Source: Camelus ferus
Taxonomy: Eukaryota
Assembly (NCBI RefSeq): GCF_009834535.1
Contig: NC_045696.1
Span: 116,190,001 to 116,254,000, forward strand
Direction of reading: 5' to 3'
Length of the DNA: 64,000 nucleotides
Positions 12,200 through 25,495 of this stretch are shown here, piece after piece. The notes under the pieces are model-generated. The model saw only the letters and a list, made by a program, of their open reading frames with translations, ran no database searches and was not told the origin of the DNA. The position numbers and the translations under genes were made by a program. Within the stretch, counting starts at the first letter, position 1; every line of letters begins with the position of its first letter.

Positions 12200-13280
12200 T
12201 ATTGTTTCAGTTGCCTTGGATTTCACAGAGAATCTGTATAGCTACTCTTTCTGAGGCTTTTCATCATATAACACAAGTTAGTCAATATTTTGTAGATCTG
12301 TCAATGTTTTCCTTTATTTTAACTTTTCAAGTCACGTTCAGCTCTGCATTTCATCTGTGAAAGTTAGCACAGCATTCCTGGTTATGTTTGGTGTTCCCAG
12401 GAAGATGGACGATATCTTCATAAGGATATCATTGCAATCAAAATAGTTTGCTATATAAATTGAATGTATGCATTGAAATATTATGATCACTCTGCTGTTT
12501 GTATACGTTCAAACTTTACAGTTTTGTAGACTACAACTTACTTTGTTGTGGCTCACTTTATCATTCTACTTCAACCCAAAAGCCTCCTCAGAGTCCAACT
12601 ACATAAGCTTACGCATCTTCAGAATAACCCCAGCTAAAAACAATGGTGTCCAGTAATACTTAGCTTACCTTTTCACAGCTGTCTGTCCCATGGTTGAAGT
12701 GGTTTTAAAATGACACATGTTACCATGACCAAATACTAAAATCTAAATTACATTTTGGCTTTTCCACTTTCTGACATTTTAACATGTCAGAAACCTCCCT
12801 TTCATGGCTATCAGAAAACTTGAGCACATAATCCCCGCATCTCTGAAACTCTCAGGACCTTTGATATTTACTTTGTATTTGCCGTCCTCTGTCCACTTCT
12901 TCTGACTTATTTTTCTATTCTCTTCTCACTATTTTTTTCAGCTTTTATATAGAACAAACAGAGCAATTTTTTAATTTTTGAATATGACATGATCCCAGAT
13001 GCTTGAGATTTCAGATTTTCTGCTCACTCTCTAGCAACATATTTCTATAAAAAAAATTTCATTTTCACCTTTATTTAGAACTTATTCTTGACCAACTTCA
13101 AAACAACATTGGCTTGAGTTCATCCCTCACAGTATACATTTGGGCTGGGTTAAAGGGGGTATGATAATTTATGTACTTGGCCTTCTCGAGTTCAGTTATG
13201 AAGTCAAGAAAAAAGATGAGGTCCAAGGAAACAAAATATTTTTATTGAAACTTTTCAATTGGAAAATTAAATCAAATAAT
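12200..13280 (-). mobile_element. Fossil hAT DNA transposon (degraded transposase C-terminus)
   Basis: Minus strand gives PNIT...CRAER...KLK...RST across frameshifts (~12290-12390), matching the hAT dimerization motif. The extent is uncertain. Confidence 0.5.
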
Positions 13281-13301
13281 AGTATGTGAATATTTTTCTG
13301 G

Positions 13302-13893
13302 TGTAATCAAAAAAAGAGAAGCAGCTCTTTGCAGGAAACCACCCTCAGCAGAAAACCCCTTTCTCTGGTCACTTTAGCGAAGCTATGTTGTCACTAATCT
13401 TAAACCAGGCACCCCATGCCCTACTTATCCCTGGCCAGAGCACACCTTTCAAATCTTTTGATCACACAATACTTTGCCTAACCTGTTGGTTGTTTCCATA
13501 AATCAAAGAAGTAGAAATGAAGAATAAGTAATTAACACATGACCAGATCTCTCCCCTAGCTTACTCTAATCTCGCAAACAAACTATGTGAACAGATTGTG
13601 AACAAGATAGCATCTAAAGAAAGATCACAAGAAGTCAGCAAGCCTACATATAGTGAGGGATGGCAATGACTCTGACCCCTTGTCTGCATGATTAACTGAA
13701 ATTACTTCCCCTTTTCTTTTTAAAAACATTCATGGCTGAACAGAATCTTCTGAGTTGGTTTTAGGAGGACATAAGTCCACCTTCTCCCCAAATTGCCAGC
13801 TTTCTGATTAAAAGTAACTTTCCTTTCTACCAACACTTGCCCCTTTGGTATTGGTTTTTGAGTGTGGATCAGCCAGACCTAAATACAGGAACA
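13302..13893 (+). mobile_element. ERV-like solo LTR
   Basis: LTR-like text with an attaaa signal (ctgattaaaagtaactttcc) ending ...aggaaca; left boundary uncertain. Confidence 0.65.
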
Positions 13894-13900
13894 AGAATAT

Positions 13901-14000
13901 TGGGGGAAGGGTATAGCTCAGTGGCAGAGTGCATGCTTAGCATTCACGAGGTCCTGGGCTCAATCCCTAGTACCTCCATTTTAAAAAATAAATAAATAAT
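13901..14000 (+). mobile_element. Vic-1-like SINE head (tail apparently displaced to 15005-15062)
   Basis: tRNA-like head then aataaataa; the cctaattac tail appears only at ~15021. Confidence 0.88.
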
Positions 14001-15004
14001 ATTTGCAAATTATGCAATTGATAAGGGACTAATTTCCAAAACATACTAACAGCTCATACAGCTTAATATCCAAAAAACAAGCAACCCAATCAAAAAATGG
14101 GCAGAATACCTAAACAGACATTTCTCCAAAGAACACATCCAGATGGCCAACAAGCACATGAAAAGATGCTCAACGTCACTAATTATTAGAGAAATGCAAA
14201 TCAAAACTACAGTGAGATATCACCTCATACCAGTCAGAATGGCCATCATTAAAAAGTCCACAAACAATAACTGCTGGAGAGGTGTGGAGATAAAGGGACC
14301 CTCCTGCACCGTTGGTGGGAATGTAAATTGGTGCAGCCACTATGGAGGACAGTATGGAGATTCCTTAAAAAACTAAAAGAAGACTTACCATATGATCCAG
14401 CAATCCCACTCCTGGGCATATATCTGGAGGAAAATATAATTGGAGAAGATACATGTACCCAAATGTTCATAGCAGCACTTATACAATAGCCAAGACATGG
14501 AAACAACCCAAATGTCCATCAACAGATAACTGGATAAAGAAGGTGTATAACACACATACATGCACTCACATGCATGCACACACACACAATGGAATACTAC
14601 TCAGCCATAAAAAAGAATAAAATAATGTCATTCACAACAACATAGATGGAACCAGAGATCATCATTCTAAATGAAGTAAGCCAGAAAGAGAAATAAAAAT
14701 GCCATATGATATTGCTTATATGTGAAATGTTAAAAAAAAAAAAAGGACACAAATGAACGTATCTACAAAACAGAAACAGACTCACAGACACAGAAAATAA
14801 ACTTACAGTTACCAGAGGATAAAATGGGTGGGAAGGGATAAATTGGGAGTTCAAGATTTACACCTCTTGGGGATTGATGGAAATGTTAGCTATTTTGATT
14901 GTGGTAGTGGCTTCATTGATGTGTACATCTATCAAACCTCATCAAATTGTTGATCTCAAATATGTATAGTTTACTGTACAGGAATTATATAATAAAGGTG
15001 TTTT
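14001..15004 (+). mobile_element. L1 ORF2 end/3'UTR (14001-~14862) joined to an older L1M-type 3' end
   Basis: [26 protein letters not shown]...; switches at ~14863 to L1MC/ME-like ggaaatgttagctattttgattgtggtagtgg...aataaag. Confidence 0.85.
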
Positions 15005-15407
15005 TAAAATAATAAATAAACCTAATTACTTCCCCCCCCAAAAAAAAAGACAAAAAAAAAAAGATACTAAGGAAATCTGAATAAACGATGGACTATTAAT
15101 TCATTAAATAACAAACATACCATATTTTTTAAAAAAGAATATACATATATTTTCCTTTGTTGAGCCTACCTAAATAGTCTAACTTTCCACTAAATATTAT
15201 AGGAAGCATTTTATTTTTTTAATATCTACCTTTGATTCATTTGTAGTTATGATACACTAGGAATTTAAATTACAGTGGTTTAGTAATACCGCCAACCCTG
15301 CCACAAGCTTGTGAAAAGAGCTGGACTGTCAACTTTTTATTTCCTTTTATCTTCATCATGTTTTGACCCAATGTGTTTACCGTTAACTGTCATCTTAATG
15401 GAATTGA

Positions 15408-15858
15408 TGCTATGGTCAATCTCCTCCCCATCCCCAGTCTTCACCCTTCCCTGCATCCATGCTCTGTGCCATGTGATTTTGCAGTTTGTCTCATTCAAGT
15501 AGTGAAGTATATTGCCCTGCCCTCTGACTTTGGGTTTGGTTGTATGACTTTGACCAGTATTTTCAAGATTATGTGCCAATTCTGAGCTTAGACCTTGAGA
15601 CGTCACATGTTCTCACTTGTTCTCTTGTGTTCCTACTATTGCTATAAAAGGAATCTGCCTCAAAAATCCTGCTAATTCCGGGAGGAGGATGAAAAATTCA
15701 TGGAGCTGACTCACCCAGCCAGCTACCCAGCTAAGAACAGCCAACCCCATCAACCCCCAGGCACCCCCATACAACCAGGCACAAACACTTACTGTAGTGT
15801 GCCACAATGTTTTGTGATCATTAGCTTTGTGCTACTTTTGTAACTATAGCTAATACAG
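15408..15858 (+). mobile_element. MLT1 solo LTR
   Basis: MLT1-like tgtgattttgcagt...gactttgggtttggttgtatgactt...gctaataca. Confidence 0.7.
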
Positions 15859-17368
15859 ATCTTTATAGGAGTGAAAAGTTCTAATATTTGCAGTCATAAT
15901 GGATGTATGTATATTCATCATAAACCAATCATACACCAGGCAAAATCAAAGAGATTTCTCTATTACTTCTTTTTTGCCAGGGGTTGGTGGGGTCTTTCTC
16001 TTTTTTAAATTGTAGTTGATTTACAATGTTTCAGGTGTACAGCAAAGTGATTCAGTTTTTTATATATATATATACATATATATATATGTATTCTTTTTCA
16101 GACTATTTTCCATTAACTTCATTACTTCCTAAATGTACTATTTTAAGCAAATGAGGGTTCAAATTACAGACACAATAGGTACAGACACAATTAAACCAAC
16201 TGCTTAATTCATATAAACAATCGTTATAAATAACAAGTACCCTTTATTACATATAGAATATTATATATAGGATTTGATTTGCTTCACCAAAAGAAGACTT
16301 TAAAAATCATGTTTTAAAAAAACAGTAGACCTGAAGACTACCTTTGAAGGAGATGACAGCTTATTCCAAACACAGTCATTACATGACTAGCATTATCGCT
16401 TGTCAATTAATTTTGGATGATTTCTTTTATTTTCTTTTGTCACTACAAGTTTTCTTTTTTTACTTCACTTTGGTCGATCCCAAATTCAACCATTTTAATA
16501 GCATGCTTAACTTTATTTTGCATTCCACAGCCCTCGATAATAGCAAACTAATTTCTGTAGCTGCATTTGCTGAAAACATGCTGATGGAACTCATATTTCA
16601 CATCATTGAGTATAATGAGCTATTTTATCAAACTGTCCTTATGACAGTATTATAGAGAAAATGATAAATTTACTAATTTATTCACTTGAGATTCCATTTG
16701 AAAATTTTAAAAGAAAGGAAAAGATCAATGAAATCAGGTAAACAGGCTTTCGCTGAACGACACATCTGGGTCTATATGAAACAATGGCGCTAACCATCCC
16801 TGCTCTTCATGAAATGCTAACACTAACTAAGTGTTGATTAATTATTACTTTTAATAAAACTCTACAGATCAAATAAGTAGCTGCATAATGTCCTATTGCT
16901 AACACACATGCACAGTGTTCACTCATAATCAGTATAATTACCGCCGTGGTTTTATATAGAATTGGGGGGGGGGCTTTTCACTTTGCTGAAATTTTTTATT
17001 TCTCTTAGGCTTTTAATTTAGAAATTAGTAAATAGCTATATCAATTAATGAGAGTTAGAATTATTTTGTGGGACATTTTTTAAAACTTTGAAGTAACTAG
17101 AGACTGTAGCCTAGTATCTCTTTCTGGGATGCTGGGGTACCACGTGGCGTAAGAGGGGTGGATGTTGGTGCAACCATGATGACATATATGACATGCCAAA
17201 ATGTCTTTTGTCAATCATTGTGCCCTATACAATTTATACTCTCTGAATTCCAGACACAATACTAACCTAGAGCAGGTTAGCATCTTCATGGTCTGGATAA
17301 ACAATCTTCCAGCATTATATAACCATGATCATTTTGCTTTGGAATCTTCTCTGAATATGAGGCAAACC

Positions 17369-17885
17369 TGATACAGGAAAAATGTGGGGCATGAGAGGAT
17401 GGCCCTGGCCCAGGTCTTGGTCGAATCCCTGGGACATGCCCCACCAAGTAAGGGTCCTTGGCTTGTGCAGGAAAGAATTCAAGAGCGAGCCACAGTTAAG
17501 TAAAAACAGATTTATTCAGAGAGATGTACATTCCACAGACAGACTGTGGGCCATCTCAAAAGACAAGAGAAAGGCCACAAGGTGTGGGGTTGTTAGATTT
17601 TATGGGCTCAGTAACATCACATGCTAACAAGTGGGAGGATTATTCCAACTACTTTGGGGAAGAGGCGGAAATTCCCAGGAATTGGACCATCACACACTTT
17701 TTGACCTTTTATGGTCAGCCTTGGCACTGTCATGGCACCTATGGGAGTATCATTTAGCAGCTATTGCATTACAATGAGTGCGTAATGAAGTTCAAGGACT
17801 ACTGGGAGTTGCATCTTCCATCTTGGTGCTAATTGTTGTGTCATTCTTTTAATGGCTATGCCCTGCCCCCTTCTCTCCTGTCTTA
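17369..17885 (-). mobile_element. ERV1-class solo LTR
   Basis: TG start, near-TSD aacc/aact, antisense poly(A) signal tttatt at ~17511, gaaagaattcaagagcgagcc motif. Confidence 0.8.
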
Positions 17886-18649
17886 AACTCATTATGATTT
17901 TTTTTTCCATTTACAAGTGATCTACAGTAAAAATAATTCCTATAATAAGTTATTTAATTTGATCTCTTCTTAAGGGATTTATTCTTCCATGAATGCCTCT
18001 TATCTATAAGAAAACACATAAATACAGTAAGGCTATTTTAAGTGACAAATGTGTTCTTAATAAATGTTCACAAAAAAATGCATTGATGCCATAAGAAATA
18101 CTTTCTTTCCTTTCTCATTGCTCCCTCTCTTTCTAATGTTTCCCGCCTGCTACATTAAAACTGCCTCTTTTCTTTCAATCTGGTTCATAAATACTCTCCC
18201 AAATCCTAAAATGATATTGAATTCTAAAAGCAGCCATAAAGATTAGGAGAACATGACATTCTTAATGGAAGTTGACACAGGAACAACAAAACTACAATCT
18301 CTGAAAATCTCAAATCTTCATTAAATAAATGGTGGAAACCCAGTTTGATCTTCAGAATGTTGTCAGTGCTGAATGCCAATATCCTCCGGGGCTGTCAAGT
18401 CTGGGGAAAGAGAGCCCTTTGAAAATAAGCTGTTTGAATATAGATCTATCTCCATCATTTCACAATAATCAACTTCTTTAAAATAATAATTTTAAAAAGG
18501 GTGGGTAGAGTTGATATTTTCTTTCCTCGTTGGGGTACAACTGAATAGTCTGCTGTTTATGCAATCTTAAAAAACAGTGCTGCCGTGGTCAAAGGGACAG
18601 TCCTTCAGCATAAAATACCTGATCATCATCATCATAATACCAAAAAATT

Positions 18650-18850
18650 ACTGAGTGATCTTTATGTACCAGTCTCCAGTAATGTGCTTATATTGTCTGG
18701 TGTATTCATCACTGCAACTTTGTAAGGGGTGTACTAATATTTTCCCATTATTCAGATAAGGAAACTGAGGTTCTGAGAGATTCAGGCAATTGCCTTAAGT
18801 TCACACAATTATTATAAGTAGATAGTGTAGCTGAGGTCAGCTCTATCAAA
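18650..18850 (-). mobile_element. MIR SINE
   Basis: Core cccattattcagataaggaaactgagg. Confidence 0.75.
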
Positions 18851-19192
18851 ATTTAATACTTCTTAATATTGAAAATGTACTCTGACTTCCGAGGTTTTCA
18901 TTTGAGGCCCTATGCTATAATTCATAAAGAATGATAGATGAAGAATTATTTATTTTCATGACATAAAGAAATATAGCATATAATCATCCTTCCACAAGAT
19001 CATCAATAAACTACAGAACTAATGATCAAGTTCTATTATCTGTTGCAAAAAATTAAGGTTAGTCAACCCAATATTTAGAAAATTGACAAGTTTCATTTAA
19101 AAAAAAAAAAGTCCCTTTTCCGTAAGAAAGTAGTCTAACTTCCATATCCTAGACAAATCAAAAATTCTGTCAACTTAGTGATTGGGTCAACA

Positions 19193-20133
19193 GTTTAATT
19201 CAGGATTACTTTATAGATGAAACACAGTGTCGACTGAAATAAACGTGCAGCTTAAAAGTTGAGAGTTATGTTTTATTTGGCGAGAGGACTGGAGCCAGGA
19301 TGACAGCGTCTCAGATCGCTCTGAGGGACTGCTCCGAAGAGGAAGGGGAGGAGCTAGGATATACAGGAGCTTTACAACTAAGACCAGGTAGTTGGAACAA
19401 TAAAAGATTACTTGTTAACTAAAGAAAAACAACCATCTCAAGTTAAAGAAGTTAGCGCTTTCTGTGTATGGGAGGAAGCAAACTTTTGGGCTCATTGAAT
19501 TCATTCCTTTGACAAGCACCTAGCTATCTAGGGCCAGTATCCTGTCCTTTCTTATTCTGAGTCCCCTCAGGGTGCAGCACTGTGAGTGGCTGCAGAGGCC
19601 GGGCTGCAGGCCTGTCCTCACTGGGGGGTGGCGGCAGCCGCTGATGACTTGATGGCTTCAGCATTCTTTGTTTACTGATACGGTTTGCAGTATTTTTCAT
19701 TCACAATAGATAATACAAAACTGCATATGAAAAAATATCCCACCCTAATTATCAAAAATTTAAATGATGCCTTAAAAGACATACACAACATCTCCTTAAA
19801 TGGATGAATAAATAGATAAACAGAAGATTTGTGGATGGATGATGGATGATAATACTTAGATAGATAATATTTGTTTCTGATTCAGGTGAGTTTATTTCTA
19901 GACTGAACCCCAGGTAGGGGAGGTGGTGTGTGGTTATATGAAACTGTCTGGCAACTTCTCTGTATCTTTCTGACGTTCAGACTCTGCCTCTTTCTGATGC
20001 TCCACACTCAAGCTGGCTTCACTAGACCTCCCCTCTGATAACTGATGAAACTTCCTGACTCCTGGACCACTGGTTCTAGCAAAACCTACCCAGCTTATTC
20101 TCCTGTAACCTATGCAACAGTTGACATTAGAAA
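19193..20133 (+). repeat. Copy 1 of a dispersed ~450-bp duplication (interrupted by the LTR)
   Basis: Colinear with 34494-34939 once the LTR is removed. Confidence 0.92.
19228..19705 (-). mobile_element. ERV1-class solo LTR
   Basis: TGT...ACA ends, 4-bp TSD acag/atag; the empty site is visible in the paralogous copy at ~34525. Confidence 0.92.
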
Positions 20134-21347
20134 AGGTACAAAAAAAGACTCATGTGATCTAACTGAAACACATTTGTCATAATCCAGTAGCAGTGTGTCT
20201 GCCCCCAGGGAAATTACATATTCTTTTTTCTTCCCACACAGTGAGAATTGTGTAGTAAACCATGTTTCTTTTTTGCTTTGACCTCCAGGAAGGTCAGAAA
20301 CAGATTTACAGCTTAATCACATGAGATTTTACAGTGTTTGTTTTTTTTTTTTTTCCTTTCTGGTATAATTTATTCTGTTTTGTTTTTTCCTGCTATTTAT
20401 TTTATTTATACTTAACTAATTAAGCATCTCTCCTACTGGGTTTCCTAGAACACTAGTTCTTATACATGTTAATAGATGTTTTATTGAAAAAAAAAAAGAT
20501 TGCTTTTTAAATGTGTTAAGTAAATGTTGCGTCTTAACTTTAGCCCTGTGCCATCCCCAAGGATCATTTTGTACTAAATTTTAAAGAAACCCACTGAAGT
20601 TCATTTAACCAAAATTCCAAGCAAATTTGAACACAGAGCAATTTTTTCATACCTATCAACATCTCAGAATATGGCTTGGAAAACCCTATGCATCTTCATT
20701 ATTTATATTTCCACTTTATGTCTTTAAGGAAGTAAAGGGATGAATGAATGAATGAACAATAAAATAGACAAATTAGAACTGAAATTGTTTTCCAAAATTG
20801 CAGTTTGTTATTTTAATTTCCAAGTTGTATTCTGAAGCACAGCCTGATGTGTAAAACTCTCTATACCCATTACAACAAGCTTATTTGTAGAAAGAATTTG
20901 AAGCAGTACACATTTAAAAGAATTTCTAAAGAAGAGTAAAAAAACCAAGGAAGGTGAGAGAGAGAAAGAGAGAGAAAAGGTTAAATCTGGAAAAATAAAA
21001 CCAATGAAAGAGACGATACCACAGTGAATCACAAAACTTAGCTATGAAATTCTTCCATCCAAGATAAGAAAAAGAAAGAAAACACCCAAGTGCTTTTAAA
21101 ATCAGTACTTGCTAATTAAAGAAAAAGCAGACCATCACAAAAGTTTATAAGAAAACTTTAGTCATTCTGAATTATAAGAAGAGTTTATCATATAGCAACA
21201 TGATTTTAAGAGTCATTAAGCAATGTTATTTTAAATGTATTTAATTATAGGTTTTGTAAGTATATTTTCAGAGAACTTTTTTGACATTTACCATACATTA
21301 GTTTCAGATGTACAAAATAATGATTCAATATTTTTATATATTGTGAA

Positions 21348-21821
21348 CTACTCAGCCATAAAAAAAGAATAAAATAATGCCATTTACAGCAACATGGATG
21401 GACCTAGAGATTGTCATTCTAAGTGAAGTAAGCCAAAAAAAAAGAAAGAAAAATACCATATGATGTCACTCATACATGGGATCTAAAAGAAAAAAGAAAA
21501 TAAGAGGACACTAATGAACTCATTTACAAAACAGAAACAGACTTGCAGACGTAGTAAACAACCTCATTTGTTTACAACCCTGGGGGAAAGGGATAAATTT
21601 GGGAGTTTGAAATTTGCAAATGTTAGCCACTATATATAAAAATAGATTTAAAAAAAAAATTTTTCTTCTGTATAGCACAGAGAACTATATGCAATATCTT
21701 ATAATAACCTTTAATGAAAAAGAATATGAAAATGAATATACGTATACATATGGGTGACTGGGACATTGTGCTGTACACCAGAAATTGACACATTGTAACT
21801 GACTATACTTCCATTTAAAAA
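21348..21821 (+). mobile_element. Young L1 3' end inserted into an older antisense L1 fragment
   Basis: L1 3'UTR; flanks tttttatatattgtgaa / tttttgtatgtattgtgaa are TSD-like. Confidence 0.88.
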
Positions 21822-22809
21822 TTTTTGTATGTATTGTGAAATGATCACCACGGTAAGTCTTGTTAACATCCATCACCACACATAGTTAAAAGGGGGAGGT
21901 TTTTTAATAAATATAAATTGTAGGCATGATTCATGCAGTAAACAAAGGTAGAATGGAACTCCTCCTATCTTGGTTTTGTCGGTAGGATACAAAGATGAAT
22001 AAGATAAATTCACCCTCATATGTAGACTTTAAATGAGAACCAAGAAAGCCTGTTTAATGACTCACAGATCCCCAAGGAAGATCAAGGCTATGAAAGGAGG
22101 CTCTTAGGTAGTAAATTTTGCAGAGATAGGTGAAGAGATTTCTCAAGAGAGAGCCGGCACGGGATGACGTGGGTCTCGTCAACAGGGCTCCCTGGAGGAG
22201 GAGATTCAGCAGAAAGGGACCAGAGCCTCTCGCCTGGCCCGCTGGCCTGGGAGCCTGGTGCGGGCAGGAACCACGAACACCCTGGCAATGTCCTCTGTGC
22301 CCGGCACAGTGCACAGCAGTCCTGTTTCCTTCCTTTCCACTTGCGTCTTGCATCCAAGCACTTTTCCCCAGGGTCTTCCCTATGCAATTGCCCTTTGCAA
22401 TTGGCCAGTCCTCACTCCAGTCTCTTACCGCGAGATCTCATTTCACCGAAGAGATTCCTGTTTCAAATCTCTTCTCTGCTTTATCTTCCTGTCCTTGTAG
22501 TGTCCCTTCAAACCCCTCATTTAATCAAAGGAATCATTTTAACTATTATAATTAAGGAAAAAATTGTGTTTAAATTTCCATATTTCCTCACTCTGAGGTG
22601 TATAGCTTTTGCATTTAATATTTTTGAAATATGGACGTATCCAAAAAATAGATCCGTATGTTTAATACAGTAGCATTTTTTCCCCTCAATTATTATTAAA
22701 TAAATGCTACATATTGTAATCACTGGTATCTTAGAATGGGAGAAACACAGTAATTAATATTGACAGATAAATGGCTGGTATTCCATACTATTTTCTTTTT
22801 TAATAATAG

Positions 22810-23130
22810 CTCTTTGGGGAGCAAATGCCAGAAAAACAATTCAATCTAGCCAATGCTGAAAAGGAAATTTATTTGCTCACATAACAGAAAATTCAGGAGT
22901 TGGCATCTGACTTGGTCCAGGAATTGACTAATGTCTTTAAGACTACCTCTCTTACCAAATCTCCTCTAGTTTGGGAATTTTGTTCTGTTTTGTTTGTCTG
23001 GCAGGCTATCACCAAGTGGCAGGAAAACTGCCCATTCACTAGCAGTTAAAAGATTACTTGGTTCTAAGAGTTTTTATTCAAGGATGGGAGAGTATCTTTC
23101 CTGATTCGTCTGGCAAAAGCCCCAGATTAT
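22810..23130 (-). mobile_element. Old MLT1-like LTR remnant
   Basis: aaggaaatttatttgctcacataacagaaaattcagg, typical of antisense MLT1. Confidence 0.55.
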
Positions 23131-25000
23131 GATGGAATGGAGAACCAGGTGTAGTAACTGAAAGAAGACTCGGATTTCCACTGCTCTGTTTTAGGTGACC
23201 CTGTACAAAAAGAACCCTAAATGGAATGGATTTTCCCACTGTTTGGGTTTCCAACTCTTACTCAAAGAGAGCTGGGCCTCAGTAAAATGGCTTGCTCTGA
23301 AGAGCATTCAAGATAGCCTTAGCCTCCTATGGTAAAAGCAGGTGTTCTTGATTGATTATGGGTGACCAAAACAGAGTCACCATCTTTAGACATTGCCCAT
23401 CAGTTCAACCAAAGACATTCTAAGAACACATCTCTTGGTTTATTTTGTTTTGTTTTCTCATGACTATTTTAGTGCTCTGGGTGTTAAAATTTTATCCTCT
23501 ATGATTTGGCTTATTCTACATTTCTTATAAAAGAACCAGAGATCATTAGGTGTAGACAGAAGGATGATTGTTGTTCAGTCTGCCATCCCCACTACTGTTC
23601 ACGTCATAGGGTAAACCAGCTTCACAGGGTCTGGAAGACCCAGGGTCTCAAAGAACAGAAGTAACAACGGAGTGCTCTCTCGACCACCCAGGTTTGTACC
23701 GCTGAAAAGTGCACCTCTGCCTGTAAAATCATTTTAAAACATTTATCTTAAATTTCCCATAGTTTCAAGGACACGTAACTTACCTCTCAGAGACTGCAAC
23801 TCAATAAAATGAAGTCACAACTGAGTTTTAACTCAGGAAATCTTGCAGGCTGGCCCATTGATGCATCTCACTTCAACCATGCTTTCTTTGGATATAAAGG
23901 GGGAAACTGAGTTGTTTAAAATTGAGTAGCTTCTCCCACTTCATTTTTAAATTTTTTTAAAGAACAAGTTTTAAGGAGTTGCTGCCGCAAAACGTGAAAA
24001 TGACTCCTCTGAAACTTCTGAGGGTTTTCAAGCTGCAAAAGCACTTACTCTGTGCCCTATAGACGTGACCTTAACACTCTTAAGACTGATGGTATTTCAG
24101 TTGACTCAAGAGTATGAAAAGCAATGCCTCGTAGTTTATCAGCTTTTGCCAATAGGCACTTACGGGCCTGAGTGATCTAAAATAGATTAATGAGGCCCTA
24201 AAGTACTTTCATGAATAATGGAGCATTTTAAAATTTATTTTGTTTTTTAATTCATTTAACTGCAACCCATTTAACAGCTGAAACACTCCCTCCTGAACAT
24301 ATTAAAAGGCATACTATATTGAGGCTTTATTAATTTATTATGTTTCAATTCATTTATCATTTATTCATTTTATTAATTTATTCACATGAATTGAGCTTCA
24401 CCTTACAAACACTGTAGAAATCAATCATTTTATTGGGCTCTAGGTGCAACAAAAATAACTTTCCAGCAGGTTCACCCGGGAATTTGGAATCCATGAGCAA
24501 GAACACCATCCGCATAATGCAAAAATGCAGTTTGCATTTCAAAGAGCATAGGATCACAGAGATCCACTCAAGAATTTTGATTCTGTCTCCCCTGGAAGGT
24601 AGACTTTTTAAATAGTCAGAGATGGTTTGGGGGCATTCTACATTCTTCTCCTTTTGTTATCTTAGTTGTCCATTAGTAAAATTTCCCCTCTGTCTGTGAG
24701 AGAGTAAGCCTTTTAAAGCACCCTCCCTACCCTCTCCTCACTGACCAAAGTAATAAAGATCACAATGAACTGATTCCTACCCGAGTCTCATATGTTCCCA
24801 GCTTGACTAACGAGGAGTCATGGTGGAATTCTGAGCATCTACACCCATCATTGAGAAATTGGTAAATAATATTTGGCAGACTAGTTTGAGGACGATCTTC
24901 CTTTTCCCATGAAATGACAAAGTTTTGGCAGTCATCTATGTGGAAGTCTGCTCTGGCCCCTTAGAGTGACTTAAGTCTTTTCTAAAAATAATTTCCTTCT

Positions 25001-25261
25001 GGAACCGTCCTACACTGTTATTCGGAATGTAAATTGGTGTAGCCACTGTGGAAAACAGTATGGAGGTTTCTTAAAAATAGAACTACCATCTGATCCAGCA
25101 ATCCCACTTCTTTGTATGTATCCGAAAGAAGTGAAAACACTAATTCAAAATGATATACATACCCCAGAAGGGAGAGTATAGCTCAGTGGTAGAGCCCATG
25201 CTTAGCATGCACAGGTTCTGGGTTCAATCCCCAGTACCTCCACTAAAACAATACACATACA

Positions 25262-25300
<39 letters not shown>

Positions 25301-25495
25301 AAAGTTCATAACAGCATTACTTACTATTGCCAAAGTATGGAAGCAACCTAAGTGTCCATTAACATGAGTGGATAAAGAAGATGTGGTGTATATCCATACA
25401 AAGGAATACTTCTCAGCCATAAAAAAGAACAAAGTTTTGCCTTTGCAGCAACACGGATGGACTTGGAGGGTATTATGCTAAGTGAAATAAATCAG
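25001..25495 (+). mobile_element. Internal L1 ORF2-end fragment lacking 3'UTR and poly(A)
   Basis: ggaaccgtcctacactgtt...gctaagtgaaataaatcag, truncated at both ends. Confidence 0.9.
25170..25297 (+). mobile_element. Vic-1-like SINE with (CA)n tail, nested in L1
   Basis: tRNA-like head followed by a CA microsatellite; L1 resumes afterwards. Confidence 0.9.

Noticed and set aside
12669..12742. Minus-strand exon ending AAG|gtaagc
   Set aside because: It lies in the putative hAT fossil and has a weak acceptor.
22054..22673. Overlapping 80-169 aa ORFs
   Set aside because: Open frames on both strands are explained by local GC richness; no protein-like signal.
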